From the NCBI GenBank assembly GCA_040285825.1, contig JAUPSS010000007.1:272501-336500 (forward strand): DNA of 64,000 nucleotides. Reading direction: 5' to 3'. The translations under genes were made by a program, and so were the position numbers. The notes beneath the pieces are model-generated. The model searched no databases. It worked only from the letters and a program-made list of their open reading frames with translations, and was not told where the DNA came from. Each line of letters opens with the position of its first letter. Within the stretch, counting starts at the first letter, position 1. This DNA is from Eukaryota sp. TZLM1-RC. Taxonomy: Eukaryota > Protista > Metamonada: BaSk clade. Below are positions 49,037 through 61,393 of this stretch, piece after piece.

Positions 49037-49804
49037 CGAAGAGAAACTTGCAGAAAAATGAAGGCGCGAAAATCATTTTTCCTCACCCAATTTGCTGATT
49101 CTGTGATGTGCAATAAATAACATATAATTCATATGCAAAATCAGTAAACAATGGTATATGTTCGTTTGTTAATCAAAAAGCAACAGAACACTGTTTTGGA
49201 AAATATCTTCTGGGTTAACCAATTTCATAGGGATTATTGCAACTGTTGATCAAATACCACAAGTAAACTAAGTTTATGTTTCTTCATCATCATTAATTTT
49301 GAAATCAAGAATCTCTCTTTTCTTGCTAGAATCAAACTCTTTCATTGCAGCCAATTGTTGTCCTCTTTTTATTGTATCATTGGGATAGAAGTTGTTGTCA
49401 ACTTTGACAATTATTAACAGTAGTTCATGAATTTTGGCAGCAGTCATCTTTCCCATAGATACAAGTGAGGCATAAGCTCCTTGTTGTAACAATATGAAAT
49501 TACGAATAGAAAGTTCTCCAGAACAAAATTGTTTCAAGGTATAAGCAACAGCCCACCCACATAAGCAACTGCTTGATGATCGAAGATAACAATAGACGTA
49601 GTGAGTACAATTTTAGTCTTAAATTGTTATTTTTTGATTCCAGGTTTAATCACAAGCAAGTGAGTGTTGATGACCACCATAAATTTTGTGTTGATTACAA
49701 ATATTAATTATTTTTGGTGATATGTAAATTTCAACTGTTGGCAGTATTGTTTTGTTTCAAGTTGATTCAAAACATGGTTTCATTGTGCCAATGATCTTTA
49801 CAAC

Positions 49805-52800
49805 TTTTTTTTTAAAACTGGAATATTTATTGAGATAAAAATAACCATCTAGAATTCAATATCCTCCAAACAAGCGTCACTATTACTGAACCTACTCACA
49901 GCATTACGTTCATATTCTACACCAATAGCTAAAAGTGCCTTTGAAATCATTGTTGGAATGGACTTGAAAATGCAAAAAACAATTCTATTTAACCAGAAAG
50001 TGGAGTTCATTGTTTTACCAGACCTATTCAGTAACACTTTTTTAAAATTTTCCAAAAAGTGCAAGCCTGAAGGACCAATATTGCCAAAAAGAGAAATAGC
50101 AAACGGCACAAACTGATATTTCACATGTTCCACTCTACCTAACTGTGCCAAAGGTTCTTCATATTTTTTTATCTTCTTTTTTTCGGCGTTAGATAACGGC
50201 GAGTCAGCGGAATACACTAAACGAGCAGCAGAATTTTTGCAAACATCCACGGAGACAACGTCTACAACATTGAGAACACCATCGATCCCTGGAGCTACTA
50301 AATCTGCCCTTCTTTTACCAAAGGAATCATCAGTTTGATCTGAAGACAGCTTACGTACTAGTGGCTCAATAAATGCCTCTATATTGAAACTTTTGCACAT
50401 GGCATATAATTGATCACGAACTGAGTCATGAACAAGTGAGCGATAAGTTATGAAATACTTACAGTTTAAAATATGGGAAAGCGTAACACCACTCTTGCAG
50501 CGACAAATTAAATCATTTGGCAATGAACAAGGCCATAGAAAACATCTCAATCTCATTGCAGTGGTCCATTGGTGATCATTAAGTAGAAGGCCGTAAATGT
50601 TGGGAATTTGGGAGATTAAGCAACTTGAGCAACTGTCTTCAAGATCAATCAAAAAGTTTGCAAAACGGGATTTTTTTCCTTAGCCAAGCTAAGACGTACA
50701 ATATAATCCAAGTTTTCTAAAACTTTCAAAATTTTTTTCTGCAATTTTGCAAAAGTCAATGGTAAGGAGAGCAAGCTTCTTGAAGGAAGTTCCACAATAT
50801 CAGAGGGGAAACATTTAGCCCAAATATTGGGTGAAAGAGTTTCAATTTCCTGTTGCAAAGAAATAAGATAGGAGCTGCCACAATTTTCAATGAGATGAAT
50901 TTTTTCAGGAAAACGATTCACAAATTCATAAATAAAATTCTTTCTGCCTCCAATAAAGGCAGCTTTACAAAGGTAGCTTGACTTATGAAAATCAACACCA
51001 CCAAAATTTGTACCACAAAAAATGTGGCTTCGTAACTGAGATGCATCAATTTCCAATAATTTTGCTAAAAAATTAGTTCTTTGTTCATTAAAAATGCGAC
51101 AGAACTCCAAGGAAATTGATGGTGATGTTGATCTCAAAATATGAGTAAATTTTCCAGAATAACAGATTTTGAGGAAAAAGAATTTCAAATGTTTCTCAAT
51201 ATTTAAATTTTCTATTGATTCTAATTCATTTCCAAATTGAGTCAACAGAGTCGAAAGTTGGCTTTTCACTTCATCAATATTTCCGAGATAACAACCCAAA
51301 ACACGAAAACCAGACTGATCATAATTGATAAAGGGGACATTGACATCATTAATGAAAAAATCAATTGGTTCATGACCAATAATCAAACATTTGGAGATAT
51401 TCAATGAGAGACCAATATCTTCATAACGCTGTTGAATAAAAGTTGCTATTTGTTTCAGAATTGTAATAGGAGCAATTACAGAAATGTCATCCATATATGC
51501 TACAATATCTATTTCTGGGAATTTTTCTTTCAATTCGCACATTAATGGATGAATTGCCAGACAAAAGAAAAAAGGACCAAGTGGATCACCTTGTTTAACA
51601 CCTGAAGACGAAAGCAGGTCAAAATTTTCATAGACCAATGTGGATGATTTTCCATAAAATGAATAGAAAAAAGGCTCAACTTCAGGAAAATGTTTTTGCA
51701 GCAAAGGTAAAATGGAAGAACGAGATACAGAATTGAAAGCATTCTTAAAATCTAAATTGAAGATGTAATTAGAATCACTAGAATTAAAAAACACATCCGA
51801 CGAAAGAGCAGCAGAAGAAGCACCATCAATCGTCTTGATTCCAAATTGAAACGGACTGAAAAATTCCTTGGCTTTTTTTCCAATTCTATTGAAAACAAGA
51901 GACGCAAGAATTCTTGAAAAAGATTCTCCAATTGCAATTGGACGGATTTTGGATTGACTTTTTTTAAGGGCAATTAAGCGAGCACTGGTCATCTCAAAAG
52001 GGACTTTAATTTTTAACGTAAGAAGATTGTTGAAAAAAAGAACAAGATCGTCAGCAATTTCAGGACACTGTCCAACAGCTGATTTGATCATGTCAAAATT
52101 CAACAAAGATGGCCCAGGAGCTTTTCCAGTAGGCATTTGCTGGATCAGTTTCAATACCTCAGAAGCATTGACAGGATTTTGCAGCCAATAATCAACTGAA
52201 TCTGGTTTAGTACAATGAAAATTTTCTTCCGGATGAAGATGATTCAATTGGAACAATGTGCTTTCATTACATTCAGCTAAATCAGAAGAAAATAAACATT
52301 GTTTTGCAGATCCAAAACGTCCTTTTAAAGCTAATTTTCTCACTAATTTTTCTTTCGAAAAAACATTTTTTTTTAAAATTTGATTTTTTCGATAAAAGTT
52401 TTTTATCTTTTTTCAGAAAAAATTTCCAAATAGGCGTAACATCCCATAATCCTTTACGGAGATTTTCAGTAAAGGCACGAAGAACAACAGCAAAAGGTAT
52501 CGAAGCCAACGGACTAAGCTGAGCAGGAACACGAATGGGACAACGTAGCTGATCAGCAGCAACACAAGAATCACAAAAAAGTAAAGGTCGACCGGAATCA
52601 TTGACAGCAACAAGCTTTCGACAAAAAACACATTTTTTTTCATCCTTTTGATCTTCTTTGATAGGAGTGTTATCGGGAATCTCACTTAAAAATTCATTTT
52701 TAGGATTGTGTGATAACGAAAAATTTAAATCAGCAATTGCAGCACGAGCATTCAGTTTTTCCTTTTGAATAAGCGGACAAGTTGCAATGTTATGTCCGGA

Positions 52801-53076
52801 TTTTCGACATTTACTACATTTGCGGCGGGGTTTAGAAAAATTTTCATTTAAGTTTTTTTCCAATGATTTTCTAGCATGGAGTGACAGGTGGGGAGAATGA
52901 GAACGATTGGTGGTTGAGGAGGTTGGTTTGTCAAGATCACGTTCGGTACTTTTTGCAGTCCAGTCAGTATCATTGAGAGTGTCTGACATTAAGACTGGAG
53001 GAATTCAATCGAACCGACAATAGGACGTCAAGTTAAGAAAAAGGAGGACGTTGAAAGTGAGTGAGAAAAAAAAATT
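49805..53076 (-). mobile_element. Full-length family-A CRE-like non-LTR retrotransposon (copy A3)
   Basis: ATG 52989 to stop 49849 with two homopolymer frameshifts. CSKCRKSGHNIATC, CVFC..CDSC, RT (RPIAIGE, GVKQGDPLGP, AYMDD), CRC..H...C, RADL..D..AEKKKIKKY. A tail 49805-49813. TSD TCTTTACAAC at 49795-49804 / 53077-53086. Confidence 0.95.
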
Positions 53077-55224
53077 TCTTTACAACCCAAACCCTAATAT
53101 GTCATTTCAGTTTAGTAAGCAAGAAAGTGATCACAACCACATGAAAGAGTGATATTTGATTGGTGATTTGATTTTGTGTTTGCTATTTTCATGATTCTGA
53201 CCATTTATATGGCGGATTCAGCCACAAATCTCATAAACATAGGTCAGAAAAGGATATGTCTAGGTCTTTTAAAATGTCTCTTCTTCCTCCCTTTTTTCCC
53301 ATCAAATATGTTGTTGTTCATCTTTTAACCCACATTCCAAAGATAGAGTACGTCTGGGTTTTAGTTCAGTTTTAATTATTTTGAAATTTGTTTTCTAATT
53401 TCAGGTTTTGTTATAGTTTTCACTGTTGAGAATATTGATTGTAATGAAATCCCAACCCTGCCAATGAAAAATTCCAAGTAGAATAGAAAAGACATAGAAT
53501 AATGTGATCTTTTCTTTGCTGCCACTAATCTACAAAATCATCTTTACAAATAATTTCAATGTGTCAATTGTCATGCAATACTAAGACTGAAGGGACAGTT
53601 TTTGTGTGTTTGGTGAATTATAAATTGCATTAACACTGTGTCAGATTAAATCATTTTTGATTATTGAACAGGTACTGTGTGTACAAACAACATATTTTTA
53701 ATATACTCATCCTACTCTACACCCCCTTTATTTATTTCATTAATACAATATTGATAACTACGCAAGTGTTGAATTCATGAAAAGAATTATTCAGAAAGAC
53801 TAAACACATGTCTTGATAGAAGAATGAATCGTACAGTTGAATGGAAGTTAAATCCGTTGATGTTGCCTAACGTCCAATGGGGTTAAAGGAAATCTGTCTT
53901 AGGGCGCCGACATTGATATAGGAATTCTGTGAAAATCACAGAATTTGATGATATCTGACCAATGTCTACAGTTTAATCGATTAAACTGCTGTCCTCGTCT
54001 GCAAATAGAACACATATGCATTCACGGGATTGTTTCTGCTTTAGCATTTGCGCCAAAGTGCTTGTCATAACAGATATCGGCACATTCCGCTGGAAGTGTT
54101 CATTAAACAGTTTCTCAGCTTGACTGACAACATTTTGGAATGCTTGAACATACTCAGATCTTTTCATCACCCTTTTCCATTTAGTTGGCTGTTCAGTGAG
54201 GAAAGATGCAATGATTAAACACTGATAAGCTTATACAAAAACCTTTACTTGTTCCCCTTCCTCTTGTTGACAAGCAAGTGGAAATAATGATTAAACAAAG
54301 TCAATTCCAGTAGGATCTGAAGGCCGTCAGCTATCTAAATCTTCTCCAGTTTTTGAGTATCTTGGGAAGGTAAAGTATGATGCCTTGTATGTGGCATCAT
54401 TAGAACCACTAGTTTTGAGAATCGATGTTGATTCAAGTAAACAACCATTGCACAAAGCACCCACTGAACCTCCTTCTTGTGTTTTCCATCTTGTACAGGA
54501 GAAAATAGAAGCAGACAGACCAGATCAAATTGCACGAAATCTGCAACAAGATCTTTTAGTACCTGATTGTGTAGATAATGAACTTACCTGACCTATGAAT
54601 CTCTTACCTCAATACATATCCACTGCTTACAAATTACCATTCCAATGTACTACCTCTGATCAACTCAACTGGTAGGGGCAAGACCCGGTTCAAAATAAAG
54701 TATGAAGATTAAAAAAGTATAATGTGGCATCGTTTTGAAGCTTGCTACATGTTTCGATCATGAACCTGGTTCAAGTTTTTAGAATTTACAGGTACATGTT
54801 GAATTTCAAATAACATCAAGTGCCAAATAGGACTGACCAGAAATTTGATGTGGGTCGAGTTGAGTTTCAGTTATTCTTGTATCCAGTGACACAAATCCTC
54901 CTTAACATCGCCATAGCCTCAGTTCTCTTCCCATCTTCGTTATGTGTGGGGGTTGTTGTTATTTAGTGGTTTTGTCTAAATCGTGGTTTAATTCACATTG
55001 AAATTATTCGTTTTAATTTATTTATACCCACAAATAGCAACAAAATTCTATTTCTTAATAGATATCAGCAATTAAAATGCACTGAATTTAATGAATCGAA
55101 ACATAATCGACATCAATATACACTACTTTTAGAGACTGAATTAAACCAGAATTCTGTAATTAAGACATAAATAAAAAACTTTTATAAAAACAAATCACAA
55201 AAAACGACAAATGACAAAAACAAT

Positions 55225-56307
55225 TTAATAATTGTGAGGCACTGAATATCTCCAACACTTTCTCTTGATTCCATCATTCAAAGCTTCTGAAACGATAATA
55301 ATATCATTCTCCTCAATCATTTTTTCAACCTTTTTCATCACTTTTTTGACCTTCTTTGCTTTATAACCGTGTTCTTGTTCCATAGTCCCTGGTAGATGAT
55401 CAACAAAAACATCTTTCTTCTGGTTTTGTTCCACGTACTTTAAAACATCAAGATAAACCTGCCTAACAAACCTATTTCTAGACTTGCAGTTCGATACAAA
55501 TTTCAAAAACACCATCAGACCAACCAAAACCATGACAATGATTCTAATATTGGCAATAATAAACTCTTTTGACTTGGTCACGTGAGTACGGAAGACGTTG
55601 TCGAGCTCTTCATAGCTTTTGATAGAGGACATTACATCCCAGGTATTTGTCAGAAATTCCTTTACAGAATGGAAAATGGTGACTAACTGAGTGATGAATT
55701 TACTTGTTTGGTTGTAAGTGTAGAGAGCAGCTGAACATACCTCCGACCAGTAAATGAAGGAATAGTACCCAACTGCAATCAGAGTGGAAAGAATGATTAA
55801 GAAAAAGAAAAACTTCTTGAGAGATGAGCAAAATCCAGATTTTGGCTGAGCGGCTTCTGTAGTCACAGTATTGCTAACGTCATCACAAGTTGGTGCCACG
55901 TAAGCAGTGGGCTGGGATGGTTGTGGTTGGGGAGTTTTGTTTTCTGTCGGAGTTGTAGAAACAGCGAAAGGGGATCCATTGTTGTTTTCCTTAGGTGTAA
56001 GGGGGACAGCAGAAGGGAATCCTGTGGTTGGTGACAACCCATGACCAAGGTCTTGGTTGACTTCTCCTCTTGGAGTTCTTCGGGGACAGCTGCGTGGCAT
56101 GGGACGTGCTTGGGGAGTGGCATGCGGGGTTGTGCATGATGGAGCGGAGTTGTAGACGTGTTGCTTTACCATATCCAAATAGTATTGCTTCTTCTCCTCT
56201 TTTATAGGGATAAGATTATCAAACCCATAGTCTGTCAAGATTCCTTTGAGTTCATTCTTTGTAAGTTTTGGTAAGTACTGCTGTGGAGGAAGGTCTGCGT
56301 GACTCAT
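55225..56307 (-). CDS. Src1/Man1/Heh1-like inner nuclear membrane protein (HeH/LEM-like, 2 TM, MSC domain)
   Basis: N-terminal KLTKNELKGIL...KKQYYLDMVKQHV (HeH fold), Pro/Thr linker, two hydrophobic spans, C-terminal KKVEKMIEEND..V.....G....W.Y (MSC winged helix). ATG at 56307. Confidence 0.72.
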   Translation of the reverse strand: MSHADLPPQQYLPKLTKNELKGILTDYGFDNLIPIKEEKKQYYLDMVKQHVYNSAPSCTTPHATPQARPMPRSCPRRTPRGEVNQDLGHGLSPTTGFPSAVPLTPKENNNGSPFAVSTTPTENKTPQPQPSQPTAYVAPTCDDVSNTVTTEAAQPKSGFCSSLKKFFFFLIILSTLIAVGYYSFIYWSEVCSAALYTYNQTSKFITQLVTIFHSVKEFLTNTWDVMSSIKSYEELDNVFRTHVTKSKEFIIANIRIIVMVLVGLMVFLKFVSNCKSRNRFVRQVYLDVLKYVEQNQKKDVFVDHLPGTMEQEHGYKAKKVKKVMKKVEKMIEENDIIIVSEALNDGIKRKCWRYSVPHNY

Positions 56308-57129
56308 TTTTAGAGCCAGTGATTTGATTTTTTTGACACCACAATTTTGTGCTAGAGAAACATGCAGAAACCCCTCGTCTTTTGAAGCCCCTGAGGTCAA
56401 ACGTCCACGTTCAAAAAGAATAAGTAACAGTAATTTTACACATGAAACGAGCTTTCTTCTTGAGACATGAATAATTCAATATCTCAATTTAATCATGTTT
56501 GGTTTCTCAATCACCCCATACTGCGTTATCAGTCAATAGATATGACTAAGCTGCCAGGTTTACAAAGCCTTTCTACACATTCTTCAATTTAAAATAACAA
56601 AAAACTGGGCACAACAGACTAAATTCAAACTTACAGATATAAGGGTTCTTTATTTTAACAGAAAACTCGCATTGTCATATTGGCAGAATGAGCTTTTGGT
56701 TTTTGTCACATTTTTGGTAGTTGGAGGGAAATGCTATTATGACTTCAATAATAGTGAGTCAATGATCCATTGTAAATCATGTAATGAACCATTCTATTAC
56801 TATTGGATATTCTGGACTTTTTGAGACAGACTTTGTATTCAAAGTTTCTTGATCCTCTGCACTCTACAGTTAATCAATGTCGCCATATTGTCAAGTCTTT
56901 CAGGGAAATGAATGTTACCATTTATTATACCATTTTGTGATAACAGTGTTGTTGTTGCTTCTGCTAAAAGTCATCTCTTCAAACAAAATATTAAAAATAT
57001 TATCCTTAAATGAGAATAATGTTGATCAAGAAATGTTAGCATCTATACCTGTAAATTCATTCACTTGTTCTCCAAATATAAGTTTATTTTTGTACTCAAG
57101 ATTTGGGAATTAATTCTTTATGCTGACCA

Positions 57130-59520
57130 TTACTTTTTTGCGAATGCTGTAAAGTTATAGATTGTTAAAGGCCTCCAATACGTGTTTCAGCACAGGTACG
57201 TCCTCTTTTTTCTATCCCCTTTTCAATTTGTTTGCGAAAATTTGCTAATAATTTAAAAACAGGAATATGGGATGTCACACTGTTGTGGAAATTCTTCTTG
57301 CTTAAAGTTAAAATTCATTGTCTTTCAACTCCAAACTTCGCCGTTCTGTTATGAAAAAAGAAAAATTGTTTGCAAATTAGCTTTAAAAGGACGTTTTGGT
57401 TCGCTAACAAATGCCTATTTTCATCAGAACTTGCTGAATGTAATGAAAACATTTTTGCTCAGCTTAATAACCTCCATTTAATTTGCAGATTTCAAGTGTT
57501 TCAAACCCGATAATGTTGATTATTGGTAATAGAATCCCCTAACTAAAGATAAATTGCTAAATTAATTAATAATTTACCCTCTGGAAAAACACCTGGACCT
57601 TCAATGATAACCTTCGCTATGTTAAAATCAACGATGAACCAATGTTCCGAATACATTGATGATTTGGTCTCCTTTTTCAAAATTTTTTTTTAACATTAAT
57701 AATGAAGCTTCCATCTAAAATGACAAGTTTGCGTTTAATTGCTTTATAAAAGAATGAAATGAAAATAAGACCAATTGAAATCGGAGAATCAATGTCTCGT
57801 GCTCAGTGTCTCTTGCTTTACGTGAATCTCTTTTTTACAATTCCTACTGGTTCTCAATTAACACTTGTATATAAGTAATTTAATCCAATCTTATCATCTG
57901 CTGTCAAACAAAGTGATCCATTAGGTCCTTACCTTTTCCGCCTTGCTATTCATCCTTCAATGTGTGAAATAAAACAAAAATATCCAAAAATTGAAATTAC
58001 AGCTTATATAAATGACATTTCAATAATTCATCCAATTGATTCAGTGAGAAAAATTGCTAAAGTAGTTCAACAGCGCTGTTATGAAATTGGTCTTTCTTTA
58101 AATTTTTCCAAATGTTTTTTTGACTGGTAGAGAGTCTGGTACACTTGCTATTGATGATCAAATTGTTACTTTTATCAACTATTTTGAATCAAGGCAATTT
58201 TGATGAAATTCAAAATCAACTTTCCTCTCTTTTAGCAAATTTTGAAGAGTAACTGATTATTCATTCAGATTGAGATTTTGAAAAACATCTTACATTTTTC
58301 TTTCTCAGAATTTGTTATTCAGGGAAATTTACTCATATTTTACGATAAACCTTGCCATCTATATTTTTCGAATTTTGCTGAATTTTTAATAAATTAGGAA
58401 CAGAATTTTTGGCTAATTTGCTTGACATTGATTCTTTTTTACTAAGTTTTATTTTTTGTAGCACAGAATTAGGAGGCCTTAATTTTGATAAATCTAAATA
58501 TTGGTGTAAAGCTGCATTTACTGGTGGAGGCAAAAATTCCATTTTTGCATTTTTGAAATATTTTCTTGAATAAGAAGAATTAATAGAATGTTGTGTTGGT
58601 GGTTATTTGGTGTCTTTGCAGAATGAAATCGGATGCCTCTCTCCTCAAATATGGTCCAAATTCTTTCCTATCGATATTCAAGAAATTCCACCCAGAAGCT
58701 TTATTTCTTTAAGATTTGGATACACCAAATTGCAGAAAAAAATATTAAAAGTTTTTGAATACTTGAATTTTACTGTAGATCTTCACTTATCTAAGAAAAA
58801 GAATCCCGTTTTTGCTAACTTTTGAATTGATCTTAAGGAAAGTAGCTCAAGTTGTCTCATTTCCCAAATTCCAAATGTTTATGGCTTATTGTTAAATGAC
58901 CATCAATGGACAATTGCCCCAAGGATGAGGTGTTTTTTGTGGCCATGCAGTGTGCCAAATGATTTGATTTGTGTTTATGGTCAGCTTATCAATCTGAATC
59001 AATTATTTAATAGAAAATTTGATATTACATATCGCTCAGTTGTTCACGATGCTGTTAGAGACCAACTATACGCTATGGACAAATGTCATCGCATTGATGC
59101 TTTTGTTGAACCTCTTGTGCGTAAGTTGTCATTTGAAAATGATGATAATACTTTCAGGAAACGCTGTGCTGATTTAATTACTCCTGGGTCTGATGGTGTG
59201 ATCAAATTTGTTGATGTTGTCACTGTTGACGTTTGTAAAGAATCAGAAATTGATTTTACAATTGATTTTGAAGATGAAACTCCTCTTTGCTTTGCTGAAA
59301 AGAGCAAAATCAAAAAGTGCAGTGAACCCGTAACTCCGCTCTCTTGAGCATCGGTGTCTTGAGCATTTGAAGTATGAGCTGGTTCCATTTGATGTTTCTC
59401 TTTTTGGTCACATTGGAATATCTGACATTAAATTTCTTGAAGGTTTCAGATGTTTAATAAAGGAAATAGCAGGAGAAGAGTTGAAGTTTAATTTATGGCA
59501 CAGCAGAATTGTTTTTAGTA
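57130..59520 (+). mobile_element. Old, heavily degenerate family-A-related non-LTR element
   Basis: KLALKGRFGS, GKTPGPS, IRPI.IGE, VKQ.DPLGP, LLNDHQWT, VHDAVRDQLY, ADLI; many stops. Confidence 0.85.
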
Positions 59521-60072
59521 TACTGACTTAAAGGTCTATAGCGATATGAGGATCAATAATATCACATTGGAATTTATTCGAGAGCTCATTAGCATAGATT
59601 AAATTCTCTAGTTTAATGTTTCTCTTAAGTTATACAAGCTAATTGTAATTTCAAGAAGCTTATCGGCAAAAGGATATCTTCTAGAAAAATCAAAACAAAT
59701 TTTTTTCCACCACCACACAATGTAATGTTGGTCAAATATTTTAATGAATTGAAAGTCTTCTTAAAGACATTGTGATGCAGCATACATAACAAGTTTTTGA
59801 AACAATGTTTGAAACCAGAATGGTATTTTCAATTGTGTAGAGAAAATTTGGGCAATTAATTTTCAGTCACATTAGTTCTTTATCAAGTGTTGTAGAAAAG
59901 AAATAGAATTGCTTTGTATTGAAAAAACATCATCCATATAAGCAATTATCGTTTGAGTATGAGCTATTGGTTGTGAATGTACGCTGTGTTTCGTGCACAT
60001 TGGAGAATGGTGGTTTCAAAATTAACTTTATTTCATTGTTGAAACATTTTCAGCTGCTCTCACCACACCTAG

Positions 60073-61005
60073 ATGGCACTTATCGATCTGTCAGTTGGGT
60101 CTTTCATTATTGATTTCTTCCCTCAATACTCTGCAAATCTCTCTTTCTTTCGTGAACTTTGTCAACACCATGCCTTCACTACTTGTCTTCTCGATCTACT
60201 CCCTCAGAAACTGGTCTACATCAAATCCCGTCTCTCCCTTTCTCCATCATCTGAACTATCCCCATCTAACCCTGTTCATAAGGACAAATTACATAAAAAA
60301 GGCTCAATATTTCTCGACACTTCGTCACCAACACCTGTTCTGGTTGTTTCACTTGTGCCACTCAAAAGCTGGATAGATCTGTATCCTTTGGGTGTTGTGG
60401 TGGATGATCACATTCTAGACGTTTTTCAAGCATTGCCAGTAAAAAAAGGTAATGTAAAGCAAGAAGACAAAATTGGAATCAATGTTCGTCTATTGAAACT
60501 ACATTTTCTAGACTCCCGACTGAGTTCGAGTCCCAGCAATGGCAAAGAATTTCAACATCCAGCACCACCAGAATTGTCACTTGTCCAGTTACAACAAGAT
60601 CTGCCATATTTAGAGTCATTACAATCTTTGAAAAATTACTATGAAGACAAAGATTCTACAGTCGAAATTGAAAATTCTTCAGTGTTAATTGATAGACCCG
60701 ATCGATCGGAACCACAATTGTTTCGGCTATTTGTTGGCAATTTGGCATTCAAAACCACTGTTACAAAATTAGAATTTCTTTTTTCTTCTTTTTCTTCTTT
60801 TCATTCAGCCGAGATTATTAAAGATTCATTAGGTCGATCCAAAGCTTTTGGCTATGTCTATTTCAGCTCGGATGTTCTTGAGGAGGCGATTCGAATGCAT
60901 AACGGTCATGTCATTGATGGTAGAACTATCAGAGTGGAGAGGTCAATGAAGCGGAGACATGTAGGTGGCAGGGTGAGTAAAAGGAGAAGGTCTTCACATT
61001 GGTAA
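60073..61005 (+). CDS. RRM protein with degenerate cyclophilin-like N-terminus (PPIL4/Rct1/CYP59-like)
   Basis: Clear RRM (LFVGNL, KAFGYVYF) and Arg-rich tail. The N-terminus aligns by eye with PPIL4-type cyclophilin blocks. Confidence 0.75.
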   Translation: MALIDLSVGSFIIDFFPQYSANLSFFRELCQHHAFTTCLLDLLPQKLVYIKSRLSLSPSSELSPSNPVHKDKLHKKGSIFLDTSSPTPVLVVSLVPLKSWIDLYPLGVVVDDHILDVFQALPVKKGNVKQEDKIGINVRLLKLHFLDSRLSSSPSNGKEFQHPAPPELSLVQLQQDLPYLESLQSLKNYYEDKDSTVEIENSSVLIDRPDRSEPQLFRLFVGNLAFKTTVTKLEFLFSSFSSFHSAEIIKDSLGRSKAFGYVYFSSDVLEEAIRMHNGHVIDGRTIRVERSMKRRHVGGRVSKRRRSSHW

Positions 61006-61279
61006 TCAAATGATTGGTTTAATTTTTTTCTGTCGATTTGTAATTATTGTTGGTTACGGTCAAAGGTGTTTTGTTGTTTGTTGTTTTTACTTTCAGCAAT
61101 GTAGAATTAGCTATTCATTCTCTAACTATAACTTTAGTTGTTGTCATCAATTCCTTAAGTAAAACATAGTCTCTTATCTACATCTTCATCATTGGCAGTT
61201 TCAATTCAATGACAAGCTCAGTTGCGTTGTGGATAATGATTCACCTTCCCAGACAATGGTCAAATGGAAACAATTGTAT

Positions 61280-61340
61280 ATTAAATTAAAATAAATAAAA
61301 TTAAATTAAAATAAATAAAATTAAATTTAAATTTAAATTG
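61280..61340. repeat. AT-only 20-bp tandem repeat between convergent genes
   Basis: (attaaattaaaataaataaa) x ~2.5. Confidence 0.8.
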
Positions 61341-61393
61341 CATTTAAAGAAACATAAACATTTTTATCATAATTTATTGAATATAAACAGAAA

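Noticed and set aside
53083-53097. Telomere-like CAACCCAAACCCTAA beside A3 (also ~47001 and ~3688), suggesting telomere targeting as in MoTeR
   Set aside because: Only 1-2 degenerate units, and most other insertion sites lack it.
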